From: Lytechinus pictus | Taxonomy: Eukaryota | Length of the DNA stretch: 64,000 nucleotides | NCBI RefSeq assembly: GCF_037042905.1 | Contig: NC_087251.1 | Span: forward strand, 620,001 to 684,000 | Direction: 5' to 3' | Shown here: in pieces, positions 13,587 through 26,002 of the stretch | Layout of the letters: the number at the start of each line of letters is the position of its first letter | Position numbering within the stretch: the first letter of the stretch is position 1 | Program-made: the position numbers and the translations under genes | The notes under the pieces: model-generated | The model's database searches: none | Told to the model about the DNA's origin: nothing | Seen by the model: only the letters and a program-made list of their open reading frames with translations

Positions 13587-14768
13587 TATAGTCACGTATT
13601 GTATTACCGGACACTCATGATTCCGGACGCGCATATTACTGCGTACGAAAACAATGTCGTACCATAAGACTTCCGCAATTCAATTTCACAGAGCAATACA
13701 TTGCACAAGATTGCAAAAACAAGGCGAAAAATCCAACTTTTACCTTATTTATCTCTAAAAGTAAAATGACAGAAAATGATTAAAATATCATATAACGTAG
13801 TTTTGCATTAACAATTGATATATTTTCTGATGGAAAATGCTTGACTCAAGGTATACCGTGCGCGAGGTTAACCGTGACTAGAGCCATCGACCGTCGATCG
13901 ACAGAGCATCAAACCTGATGAGCATTAATATACGAACGAGCATAGTATTGGAAAGTGCCATGGAACATGTAGCTAAGAAGTCAAAATAAAATTAGTTATC
14001 AAACACGAATTTATTACCAACATCTGCTCAGATTCGATGTGAAAAAACAACAAAAGCTTACAATTTATGCATGATATGATATATGAAGAAAAAAACACAA
14101 ATTCATTCTTACATCAACAAGGCGAAAAATCCAACTTTTACCTTATTTATCTCTAAAAGTAAAATGACAGAAAATGATTGAAATATCATATAACGTAGTT
14201 TTGCATTAACAATTGATATATTTTCTGATGGAAAATGCTTGACTCGAGGTATACCGTGCGCGAGGTTAACAGTGACTAGAGCCATCGACCGTCGATCGAC
14301 AGAGCATCAAACCTGATGAGCATTAATATACGAACGAGCATAGTATTGGAAAGTGCCATGGAACATGCAGCTAAGAAGTCAAAATAAAATTAGTTATCAA
14401 ACACGAATTTCGATGTGAAAAAACAACAAAAGCTTACAATTTATGCATGATATGATATATGAAGAAAAAAACACAAATTCTTTCTTACATCATTATAATG
14501 AAGAATATCTTTACCCGTCAGGCGCGCGTCCGGAATCATGATGTAATTTGTCACGCGCGAAAATAACTGTTTTTCGTGGAGGGGTATGCGTCAAGTACAA
14601 GTGCGATGCAAAGAAAACGGTTGGTAAATATAAAATAATTTTATCATATTCATAATTTTCATATTTGGAATAGCAAGAGCAAATATTTCTTGATTGTATT
14701 TCCTCTAGTTGTCATTTTTAAAGCACTGAAATAAAGGTGTCCAGTAAGTAATAGGATACACTGCCATA
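13587..14768. mobile_element. Non-autonomous TIR element 'A', copy 1, with internal ~400-bp tandem duplication
   Basis: Imperfect TIRs TATAGTCACGTATTGTATTACCGGACAC / GTGTCC...GGATACACTGCCATA; 13718-14115 duplicated at 14116-14491; second copy at 21506-30090. Confidence 0.75.
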
Positions 14769-14769
14769 C

Positions 14770-17700
14770 TTTATTTATTTATTTTATTTATTTACTTATT
14801 TATTTATTCATGCATGTTCACAATGTACAATGTAAAAGAATACACAGATAATATATAAATATATATATGAAACACAAGTAAATAATGAACATACAAAGGT
14901 GTTACAACATAAGCTAAAAGCTTGATTGGTTGAAGCACCTTTAAACTGGTTTTGCATCCAAGAAAACAAAATAAAAATGTAAGAATAAGGAAGAGAGGAA
15001 AGAAAGAGAAGAATGTAAAAGTGATAGACTGCGGAGATATAACAATTAAGTTTCAAATTGTTATGAATATATGGTATAGACAGTAATTCAACAAAGTTAA
15101 ATTCTTAATCTTCAGTTACGAATAAAAGAAAGAAAGAAAACAAAATTACTTACATGTATACATGTACGTTACTAGCACTTTACAGATTCTGTAATTTTGA
15201 AAGGAGATTGTGCTTTACAGCCAATTTAAAAGAATGTGAGGTTTTCAAATTTCGAATATTATGTGGAAGAGAATTCCAAACATCTAAACCACGGTGTCTG
15301 ATTGATTTATGAGCTAATGCGGTGCGGGGATTAACCAAATGTATGTTCGATGACTGTCTTGTGCTATATGAATGGACAGTGCTGTTAGGCTGAAACATTG
15401 AAGAAAATGAGTCAGGTAGCTTATTGGCATTAAAACGAAACATAAATAAGGCAGTTTGCAAAAAAAATTATATCTTCTACCTTCAAGCACTTCAGCTTTA
15501 CAAATAAGGGATTTGTATGGTCTCTGTAACCAGACCCAGTACATATGCGAACTGCTTTCTTTTGCAGGAGAAATATATTGGTAGTTGACACTTTAGATGT
15601 AGCCCAAAGAACATTGCAATATGAAATATGTGGCAGTACAAGAGTATTGTATATCATCAATAATATCCTATCATTAACAAATGTTTTTACCCTGTATAAT
15701 ACACCAATATTTCTAGAAATTTTGGTAACAATATGAGTGACATGATCACTCCAGTCTAGATTCTGATTAACATACACACCTAGAAACGGTGTACACTGCC
15801 TTTGTTCTATTTCAACTCCATCTACTTTTATGCTTATTTGTTTGTTACCAGTAGATTTCCTCCCCTAAAAATGAACAAAATTTGTTTTTCCTAAATTCAG
15901 GGATAATAGGTTACTCCTGAACCATAATGTCAGCTTCGGAAGTTCTGAATTCAGCATGTGCTCTAGAACATTTACATCACGATGTGAAATGAAAACATTA
16001 GTATCATCTGTAAATAAAGTGTAATGCAAAGCAGCTCAAACATCACAAATATCATTAATGCAAATGAGAAATAGTAGTGGACCTAGAATAGACCCCTGTG
16101 GGACACCACATGTTAAAGAAGAAACATCTGAGTCAGTACCCTTGTAATGAGTATATTGTCTTCTAAGAGATAAATAACTTGAAAACCATTGTTGTGCGAC
16201 ACCTCGTATTCCATAGTGGTCCAATTTACAAAGTAGAATCGAGTGATCAAGTGTATCAAAAGCTTTGCTGAGATCCATGAATACACCAACAACATGCTCG
16301 CGAGCTGCTAAGGCAGTTGAAACACGATCATAAAACTTCAATAGTGCAAGGTCAGTGGAATTGGATCGTCTAAATCCATATTGTTCAGAATTCAAATACT
16401 TATGATCATCCAGAAATTTATAAAGCCTGTTATAGATAATTCTCTCTAAAAACTTTGGATAAACTGGGTAGTATTGAGATTGGTCTATAATTAGATTCAG
16501 TCGCTGTATTGTCTTTTTTGTGAATTGGAACCACTTTGGCAAGTTTGAAAATAGAGGGATATACTCCTGTTGACAAAGATAGGTTACAGATGTGTACCAC
16601 CGGGGTTATAATTGAACCGATAATCTGCTTCAACAAGGACGTGCTTAATTCATCATAACCACAAGAGTAACTATTTTTAAGAGTACGCACTATATTCAGA
16701 ATTTCAAGATAATCAGTTGGCTTAAAGAAGATGGAAGATTGTGACGAGTTATGCAGGTATTTCCTAAAATTGGTACCATGTGTATCTATTGTCTTAGCTT
16801 GATTTGGACCAACATTTGCAAAATAGTTGTTAAATGTATTTGCAATTGCGTCTGCTGAGGTAAATTCCTTTCCAACATGAATAAACTTGTTTGGGGTATT
16901 TGGATTATTATTTCGCTTACCTAATATATCTTTCACAGTTTTCCAAGTAGAGGAAAAGTTTCCCCTTGCTCGTTCAAATTGTGAGGAATAATGTGACTTA
17001 CGAGAGCAACGTATGATTGTTGTCAATTTGTTCCTATATTTCTTGTATTTATTTATATTTTCATCCGTTTTATCCTTAATGCTACGCTTATAAAGAACAT
17101 TTCTCCTCTTTATTGACTGCATAATTCCCCTGGTTATCCATGGGTGATATCCTCTTTTCTTATTGATTTTTCATACAGAAAGTGTTTATTGAAAAAGTAG
17201 TGGAATCTGGTCCAGAAATTGTCATTTTAAGCTCTATTAACATCACTAGTGGTGAGAACGTCCTCCCAATCTATTGAAAGTAAATCTGTGTTAAGATCAT
17301 TGATCCCTTCATTAGTGATCCTTCCCTTTACATGTATGTACATCTCGTATTTTCGGTAAATTGCCAATTTTAACACCATACATTATACAGAACACAGGAA
17401 GATGATCAGATATTTCAGAATAAAACAATCCAGACTCAAAATGACATTGAGACGCCTTTACAAGGATATTATCTATTTTTAATGAAGATGAATGATAGTT
17501 TTGAAGGATAGAGAGTCCTGTACGTAAAACATCACTCCACCACCCCTACCATTTGAGCGGTCTTTACGAACTAGATTGTAACCATCCAATGCAAAAAGTG
17601 GAGGTGATTTAGCATTTACCGTAACCAGGTTTCCGATATGCCAATTATTGAGCATTAAAAATTCAGTGAGGATAAAAGTATATCAAAATTTTCATGATTC

Positions 17701-17826
17701 TTTAAAATACTGCGAGCTTTGCAATGCAAAAAACTTAAATATTGGGTTTGATTTGATTTATGGGTTATCTTAGGACGAAATTCACTAGGTACATAATAAT
17801 TACAGTTGTTGTTTTCTGGTAAATCA
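14770..17826 (-). mobile_element. Decayed L2/CR1-group LINE ORF2 (APE endonuclease + reverse transcriptase), frameshifted
   Basis: Minus-strand motifs ISETW, GRGGGV, ISDHLPV, YRPISILP, QYGFR, FMDLSKAFD, GVPQGSILGPLLF, FTDD split across frames; (AATA)n tail at ~14770-14808. Confidence 0.92.
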
Positions 17827-18341
17827 ATTAAGTTCGGATAAAACAGCCAGGGAAGAGAATTTGAGCCTGCAGCAATGTATAGACACTTGCTGTATAACAG
17901 AAAGCAGTGCTAGGCAGATGGAGCAGTTACAAAACAGCTATTAAGTTCGGATAAAACAGCCAGGGAAGTGAAGTTGCGCGACAGCCAAAGTAAGTCATTT
18001 TTTCCCCCTTTTAAGTTTATTTTTCCCCGTTTTGGTGCATTTCAGGCCAAAACGTAATAATAATCTCTAGACTCTATTTTGCGTTTTTGGTACAATTCTT
18101 TTTCAATATTTTTATGAAATAAAGACAAAAATCAATGAGCCCCGTCGGGGGGATTTTGCATTGTTCACCCCCTATAAATGGTGGCTGCACGATTATTGCA
18201 AGCCGTCTGTGTACGAGAAATAAAAAATAAAAAAACGTTAAAAAAACTCCTCGAAACAGACGGCCATGACGGCTGCAAGCTGTCTTGTCTAACTTAGGCT
18301 CTTAGCAATTGCCATTGACAACATTGAGTCTAGACTAGGCA

Positions 18342-18897
18342 TACCTCAGGCCAGGCGATGTTCGTGCAGGCTCCACTCCACTTCACTACCGCTACACTAC
18401 GCTCCACCTGCACCTACCCGAACATCAGGACCGTGAACCATTTCGGATATACCGAGTCACAAAGGTGGGATGGCAATCATGATAATCGTAAAAATTAAAG
18501 AAAAAAAATATAACGAGGGATATGAATGACTTAATAATATCTTACTCTACACCCGTATTTCGCTCCGTGTCCATCCTCCGGTTATCCTCAAAATTTGTGA
18601 TTTTGGGCCAGTATCTTTTTCCTCACACGTATTATTTACGGCCGATTTCAAAACATCACGTGCGATCTGTCGCTGATCGATCGCGATCGCATGCGATGTT
18701 TTGAAATCGGCCGTAGATAATAACTCATATCGCTCGTTATATTTTTTTTCTTTAATTTTTACGATTATCATGATTGCCATCCCACCTTTGTGACTCGGTA
18801 TATCCGAAATGGTTCACGGTCCCGATGTTCGGGTAGGTAGAGCGTAGTGTAGCGGTAGTGAAGTGGAGTGGAGCCTGCACGAACATCGCCTGAGGTA
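18342..18897. mobile_element. Near-perfect palindromic MITE, TAC...GTA termini (IS3EU-like)
   Basis: 18342-18516 pairs with 18731-18897; inner hairpin 18630-18720; same family as the 44487-44620 hairpin, which has a 6-bp TSD. Confidence 0.75.
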
Positions 18898-18970
18898 ACC
18901 CAGGGAGCTGCGGGCGGGAGCCCAGGGGCTTACCGTGTATTTGACCATACTCACGGGACTAGGGTGATTT

Positions 18971-19810
18971 TAGACCAAAAGCTTCAGTCTCTGTATTTTG
19001 GTTGTTCCGCTGAACTACGTTGGCTCCACTCACCATACATAGACTGAAGGGGATGGGGCCCCGTACCTACAGCCAACGTATAGTGAACTAGCGTTTTATA
19101 GATCGCGATTTAAAACAGTTTTTTAAGCAAAATTGAAAGTTTCATGGTTTCCATTATCAGGGAAATATAAATAAATTAAGTAATTGCATACCTTGGGCCG
19201 GAGTTATTGAAAAAAATCCTCTGGATGATTGAGAAATCTGTCATCTAAGACATTTTCACCTGACCTGACGGTTTTTCTTGCAAGTTGCCATCTTGAATGA
19301 CGTCATTATCGTTATTAACTTAATGTCTCGAATCGATATATCGCGATTATAACTAGTACTAGTACTAGTATAACTAGTATCGTTTATCTTCGGTTTCGAT
19401 CGCATATGGAGCAGATCGTATAATATCGAAAGCAATATCGATATCACATTCGTGATTGTTGACGTTCGTTTGTAAATATTTTATAGTTTGGCTGCCATTT
19501 TGACCATTTTTATCGTGTTCAACCCAATTAAACATCGGTAAAGTATATTTTTCATGCCTTTTTCATCTATATCGTTTAAAGTATTTAAATATTAAAATAT
19601 TAAATTTTAAAAGTTTGTTGTTTATACATCCTTAGATTGTAAATTCGATGTGTAAAATTACATCAAACTTTGGACTGTGAATTGACAAAAGGGAGGGAAT
19701 GAGAACACATGCGAGCCCACACGTACACCCTACCATCGGTAAATGGGGATTACAGTAAAATGTCAGAAATTGTTGAATAAATCCCCAGAAACGACGGTTA
19801 TTCCTGTCTA
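18971..19810. mobile_element. 840-bp element with 9-bp TSD (MULE-like), copy 1
   Basis: GGGTGATTT|TAGAC...GTCTA|GGGTGATTT; near-identical to 24663-25503. Confidence 0.9.
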
Positions 19811-19907
19811 GGGTGATTTATGCTTATGCCCGAGTTATGGTCTAAATATTTCTCCAAATGCATTGTTTTGTGAAAACAGAAATTATGCACTTACCACGAT
19901 TATATGG

Positions 19908-20368
19908 CAGTAGAGGCGCACGGCCAATATTGGAGACTGTCTCCAATGTGGGAGATTTATCTCCAATATCAGAGACTTTTGTAAAGAATTTGGGTATCCA
20001 ATTTCAGAGACAGTCTCCAGTTTTGGAGACCAATTTCCTCTGTTTACATTTGCTGCAAAAGGATTACCTTGGCGGCAAATAAAAATGTGATAAGCAGATT
20101 CCTCATGAAAAATTGCCCCTTTTCACCATCTACTTTAAAAATTCACCGTCTACTTTTGTTTTGATAAGGATTTTTGTTGTCAATCACACACAAAACAAAT
20201 GGGCTTCTGACCTCAGTGAGACATAATTTTGGGTGGAAAAAATCATGCTTTTGTTGCCTGTTGGTGTTGTTTCTTTTGTCCTTTTGCAAAGCAAGTCTCC
20301 AATGTGGGAGATTGTCTCCCCTATTGGAGAGAGTCTCCCATATTGGCCGTGCGCCTCTAGGCCTACTG
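19908..20368. mobile_element. MITE with 5-bp TSD (hAT5-like)
   Basis: TATGG|CAGTAGAGGCGCACGGCCAATAT ... ATATTGGCCGTGCGCCTCTA(GGCCTA)CTG|TATGG; repeated TTGGAGA subterminal motifs. Confidence 0.85.
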
Positions 20369-20821
20369 TATGGATGAAGGTCCAACTTACTTTCCTGACA
20401 TCTGGGCACAGACTGGAACCTCAAAAATTGAAAAGTTCTCTCCTTCTACCCCCGTCTCGATCGGCCATTTTTGTTATGAATTGTAACAAAACGGCCGATC
20501 GAGACTGGTGTAGAAAGAAGGACTCCGAAGGAGATAATTTTTCGTTTTTTTTACTTTTTGAGGTTCCAGTTTGTGCCCAGATCCTAGATGTCAGGAAACT
20601 GCCACTCGTTAGACCTTCATCCATATAATCGTGGTAAGTGCATAATTTCTGTTTTCACAATTCATTTGGAGAAATATTTAGACCATAAATCACCCTAGTC
20701 CCGTGAGTATGGTACACAGTAAGCCCCTGGGGTCCCGCCCGCTGCGCGGGCGGGAGCTCCCTGGGTTACGCCTGAGCCTGAGGTAGACTGTTACGAGCAC
20801 AAATGCAAAAGCAAAACTTAC

Positions 20822-20974
20822 ATTTGACCCATCATATTTTGCTATTTCCACGTCAGAGAAAACTTTCATAGGCCCATTCTTCATTGAAATCTTAACTTCG
20901 TCGCTCTTTATACAGGAAGGCTTGATAACAGTAAGGGAAAAAAATAAAAATATCACTGCCCAGGGCGCAGCCAT
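20822..20974 (-). CDS. NENF: Neudesin (NENF) exon 1, signal peptide + start of cytochrome b5-like domain
   Basis: ATG at 20974; MAAPWAVIFLFFSLTVIKPSCIKSDEVKISMKNGPMKVFSDVEIAKYDGSN (153 nt, phase 0), followed by GTAAGT donor at 20821; hydrophobic N-terminus. Confidence 0.9.
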
Positions 20975-21251
20975 CTTAAAATATAAACTGATATTTATTC
21001 TATCTTCTAATAAGAAAACGTATTTTTGTATGTCAACCACATTGTCGAAAAAATAAATTTATATTATTTTATATTTTTATTTTTTCGAATTTTCAAGGGT
21101 TTTCAAAATAAAAAAAGGATGCAATTTGGGGGAAAAAAAAACTTTACTTAATAGAGTAACCAGGAAATGATGATAGGCGGTGGTTTTTCTTCCTGATTCG
21201 ACCGGCCACTCTCAAAATACTATAGGCCTATAGAATCCATCAAAATCGAAC
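20975..21251. promoter_or_regulatory. Putative bidirectional promoter / 5' UTRs shared by NENF and ACTR2
   Basis: 277 bp between divergent ATGs; ETS-like CAGGAAAT (~21161) and CTTCCTG (~21189); YY1-like GCCATCTT overlapping the NENF ATG; TSSs not visible from sequence. Confidence 0.7.
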
Positions 21252-21299
21252 ATGGATAGTCAAGGGAGGAAAGTAGTAGTATGTGATAATGGCACAGGT
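21252..21299 (+). CDS. ACTR2: Arp2 exon 1
   Basis: MDSQGRKVVVCDNGTG (48 nt) then GTAAGT; recognisable Arp2 N-terminus. Confidence 0.97.
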
Positions 21300-24200
21300 G
21301 TAAGTTGTTATGTAATATTTATGTTTTTGAAGTAATTATTTTATTTATTATAAGATTTATAAAACCATTTTTGAAGTGTATTAACAGGAAGTAGCTAGGC
21401 TTCGTTGTTTACAATAGCACGGGACGTACAGATCGTCTTTCGCCAGCACCGGCCGCGCCGGCGTGCGTAGCCTGGCTGGGGCCTGTTGCATGACGAGATG
21501 AGCGATATAGTCACGTATTGTATTACCGGACACTATTATGATTCCGGACGCGCATATTACTGCGTTCGAAAACAATTTCGTACCGTAAGACTTCCGCAAT
21601 TCAATTTCACATAGCAATAGTAAATACATAAATCAAGATTGTAAAACAGTCAGTCCGCAGCCCGTCCGAAAGTGCTCTATTTTATTCAGAGTAGGGTGTC
21701 TGGAGAAAAAAATTATTTTTCTTATTTCAAGAAAATATCACATTTTCTTTGTGAATTTGAAGAGAAAAAACCTTCAAAATGACAGAAATATGACATTTAT
21801 TTTTTTAATCCAATTATTGGCTGCAAAAAAGAAGAATGAAATTAGGTCATTTTTCAGCATTTTCCTGCCATAGGCATAGACTGTGTAGTTAAGAAATGGA
21901 CACACACAAATCCAAATTTTTAGCTTCCGAGAGCTGTTATAATTTTATTATTAATGCCAAAAACTTGTCCATTAAGTGTCAAATAGGAATTTTTATGCTC
22001 TTTCTAATGGTATGATTTTTATAAAGATTTGGAAACCAGATCACAGTGAAAAATTGCGACAAAGTGAAAAAATTTGTGCAAAACAGAAATTTCATTTTCC
22101 CATAGAAAACGCATGGGGAAATGGCAATCTCAACATACACACAAATAAGGGTTTGCAAATTATCTCTAAATCTTCATTTCAAATAATCCTATAAACTTGT
22201 CCTTACTGTCAAAAGAAGCCCCTGAATTTTCTATTTCCATACATGCCAAACACAAGTTAATAATTAATTCAGATCACATTTTTATAGTAGCCTGAACTTC
22301 CTTGAAAAAATGTGCCATATTTTCCCCTAAATTAGCCTGTTTTATGCACTCATCCTACGAACGAGGTTATAATATAACCTCGTTCTCGGCTGTATACCTC
22401 TATGTTGTTAAAATATACATTTCTCATTTCCCCCCCATCCCTTGCCCAAAGCATCGCGAATCAATGCATTCTTTAATAATAAGTATATGATTAAAATTGT
22501 TATTTTGACGGGAAGGCCATCAAATAAAGCACTATAATGTAACAAATTGAATAAAAACTCACCGATTTCTCTACGTGAACCTCATCCAACTGCCTCCATT
22601 ACGTCTATTGTGTTCGACAGTGACAAATCGAAAAAGAAAAAAGAACTCACGAAACCATAGAGGCTCATCAACCCGTTTGGACCACTGACCATTGATGTTT
22701 CGACGAAACTTTGCTTGTAACGAATTCTGGTAAGGAAGTCTTGATAGCCTCAATCAAGACAAATTTGCAATTTTGTTTCATGTTTATACAAAGTCAAAAG
22801 TGATACTAGTAGTTGTGAAAGTGGAATGAAATAAGACATTTTTGTATGAAATAAAAAAAAATTAAGGAGAAATTCAGTTGTTTCGATTTTGTTAATTTTC
22901 TGTTATGGGACTCTTGATGAAAAAGCCCCTTATTCTTTTCTAATTAATGAACCTGACGATAGAAATACTTTTCACAAAGTTAGGCATTAATTTCCAAATT
23001 ATTATGTAACAGAAATTCAGAATAACAAACTTTACTGTGGGTCTAATCAGGGGAGAATCCAGGATTTTCCAAAGGGGGAGGGGTGGTTTCTTTTACAGAA
23101 AAAAATAACAAGCTCCCCCCCCCCCCGTGAAGGAGATTTATGTAACGAATAATTTCACAATTATGATTTGATTTTGATTTATTTGATTTAGTTATTTATT
23201 TATTATGATAACAGCTCCTCGCTATACAGTATGAAGTTTCAAGTTTGTTTTCATTGATTTAAAATCCTAACCTAAAGGATTTTCATTAAGAAATAAATAA
23301 AATAAAAAATCACTTACCACAAAGGCCTATTTAGGGGTAGATCACAATTTTCAAGGGGAGGGCGGGAAAGTTTCAAGTTAATTTAATTGATTTCAAATCC
23401 AAACATAAAGGATTATAATCAAATGAAATTAACAGTACAAATTATCAAACAAAATGGATGCAAAATAAATGTGTTCTATGGCTTTCGAGGGGGTGGGCAC
23501 GAGCCTGATGTGCTCCCCATCCTGGATAAATAAAAGAAACTCATTAAAAAGAATTGGAACGTAATTATGTTCTGTTTTATCACTTTGTCTTGAGTTTCTT
23601 GCCCCTTCCATTCTTTTCACATTTCAGCCTTTACCCATATTAATTTCAGGATGGTACAAAATGTTGGCTTACAAAAGTGATATGATGATGAATATTCCAT
23701 AATAATATGAAAAATAATAGAAAACCAAAATAATATTAATAATTAACCCTTACAATGATAGTACTCAATAAAAGAGAGGCATCGGGGATCGAGAAAAGAA
23801 GCAATAACCCCCCCCCCCCCAAAAAAAAAAGGCATCATATTTCCTTTCAGCATACGACAAGATACAGTTCATTATAGAATAAACTAAGCTGATGGCGCTA
23901 AAATTATTCTGATGTATAAAATAATAAAAATAAAATATTGTGTGTCAGGGGAGAAAGAGACTACTATCGCTGGATCTTGGATTTCCGAAATAGAAGCATC
24001 ACCGGAAACAGGTACCTGTGGTGAGAAGCATTTTTATACAGCTTTGTAGAGGACAGTGGTGTGGTCGCTTCCGTTAGCTTTCTTTAATTGAGCACAAGAG
24101 GGCGCGTTACATCCTCTACGTAGAAGTCTATGCGCTGCTGAGGATCATGACAAATTTCATCATACATTCTGACGATTTACCGAAGAGTCCTCGAATAATT

Positions 24201-24469
24201 GACAAGATTTCGTTGAGTCCAAGATAAATTCCAGCAACAACGGAAGGAAGATCAACGTTTGGTTCGGGGGGAAAGACTGGTAAGTCAAACTCTCTTACTT
24301 TTACATTTTTTATCACAAATTTTGTCTATGAGTACGCCTCACATACCTCTAGTCCCATCCCCTACCTTTTGCTGTTTGGCAAATGGTCGGGGATGACGAG
24401 TGGTTTTATGCTGACACTTTTCAGTGTGGCTTCAGACACCCTATTCAGAGGTAGGCTACCTGGTACCGG

Positions 24470-26002
24470 TAGCCAGGCGGCTTCTAAGTTCTATTTCTAG
24501 AGAGTAAAAATCATTTACTAACGTAAGGTCACTCTCATGAAGCCAGGCCTTCTATCATGTCTATCCCATAGACCCACACAATGGAAGCCAAAACCTGAAA
24601 CTTTCACCCCCGAGATTTCTACTTTCTTTCTAAAAGATCTAGCCCTAAATCATGTACATGGGTAGACCAAAAGCTTCAGTCTCTGTATTTTGGTTGTTCC
24701 GCTGAACTACGTTGGCTCCACTCACCATACATAGACTGAAGGGGATGGGGCCCCGTACCTACAGCCAACGTATAGTGAACTAGCGTTTTATAGATCGCGA
24801 TTTAAAACTGTTTTTTAAGCAAAATTGAAAGTTTCATGGTTTCCATTATCAGGGAAATATAAATAACTTAAGTAATTGCATACCTTGGGCCGGAGTTATT
24901 GAAAAAAATCCTCTGGATGATTGAGAAATCTGTCATCTAAGACATTTTCACCTGACCTGACGGTTTTTCTTGCAAGTTGCCATCTTGAATGACGTCATTA
25001 TCGTTATTAACTTAATGTCTCGAATCGATATATCGCGATTATAACTAGTACTAGTACTAGTATAACTAGTATCGTTTATCTTCGGTTTCGTTCGCATATG
25101 GAGCAGATCGTATAATATCGAAAGCAATATCGATATCACATTCGTGATTGTTGACGTTCGTTTGTAAATATTTTATAGTTTGGCTGCCATTTTGACCATT
25201 TTTATCGTGTTCAACCCGATTTAAACATCGGTAAAGTATATTTTTCATGCCTTTTTCATCTATATCGTTTAAAGTATTTAAACATTTAAATATCACGTTT
25301 TAAAAGTTTGTTGTTTATACATCCTTAGATTGTAAATTCGATGTGTAAAATTACATCAAACTTTGGACTGTGAATTGACAAAAGGGAGGGAATGAGAACA
25401 CATGCGAGCCCACACGTACACCCTACCGTCGGTAAATGGGGATTACAGTAAAATGTCAGAAATTGTTGAATAAATCCCCAGAAACGACGGTTATTCCTGT
25501 CTAGTACATGGGATAAAACTTCATTTCCGACATTTCTACGCTCTCGTTGTTATTTTTTAACAAGAATTCTTCAAAAAAATGAGAGAAATATTGTGTAAAG
25601 ACGGAAGAGACTTGCCCGATGTTTACGCCGCCATCTTGTTTTCTATTGTTCTTCCCCAACGTTACCCGACGCACGCGTCTGTAACGTTGGCGAAGAACAA
25701 TAGGAAACAAGATGGCGGCGTAAACATCGGGCAAGTCTCTTCCGTCTTTACACAATATTTCTCTCATTTTTTTGATGAATTCTTGTTCAAAAATAACAAC
25801 GAGAGCGTAGAATGTCAGAAATGAAGTTTTATCCCATGTACATGATTTAGGGCTAGATCTTTTAGAAAGAAAGTAGAAATCTCGGGGGTGAAAGTTTCAG
25901 ATTTTTGGTGGTACACGCAAAAGTATATGACGGAAGCCCTGGCTTCATGAGAGTGACCTTACGTTAGTAAATGATTTTTACTCTCTAGAAGCCGCCTGGC
26001 TA
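24470..26002. mobile_element. Palindromic MITE (~680 bp net) with 8-bp TSD (hAT-like), interrupted by the 841-bp element
   Basis: GGTACCGG|TAGCCAGGCGGCTTCTA ... TAGAAGCCGCCTGGCTA|GGTACCGG; arms complementary up to a loop at ~25670. Confidence 0.88.
24663..25503. mobile_element. 841-bp element with 9-bp TSD (MULE-like), copy 2
   Basis: GTACATGGG|TAGAC...GTCTA|GTACATGGG. Confidence 0.9.

Larger units (their letters stand above)
18898..20766. repeat. Interrupted palindrome (~550 bp once insertions are removed), centre ~20480
   Basis: 18898-18970 + 19820-19907 + 20374-20475 is the reverse complement of ~20490-20766. Confidence 0.85.

Noticed and set aside
15180..17122. RT ORFs as an active retroelement or a retron/DGR-like system
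   Set aside because: Ordinary LINE ORF2 with multiple frameshifts, FTDD at the catalytic motif and an internal deletion in the endonuclease
19256..19447. Identical 63-aa ORF here and at 24948-25139 as a duplicated gene
   Set aside because: Lies inside the two copies of the 840-bp element; GTG start, no recognisable domain
20975..21040. N-terminal extension of NENF given by the ORF track (MVDIQKY...)
   Set aside because: Begins at a non-ATG codon; the ATG at 20974 has a good context (AAGATGG) and directly precedes the signal peptide
25501..25824. Nearly identical ORFs on both strands (MREILCKDGRDLPDV...)
   Set aside because: Artefact of the palindromic MITE
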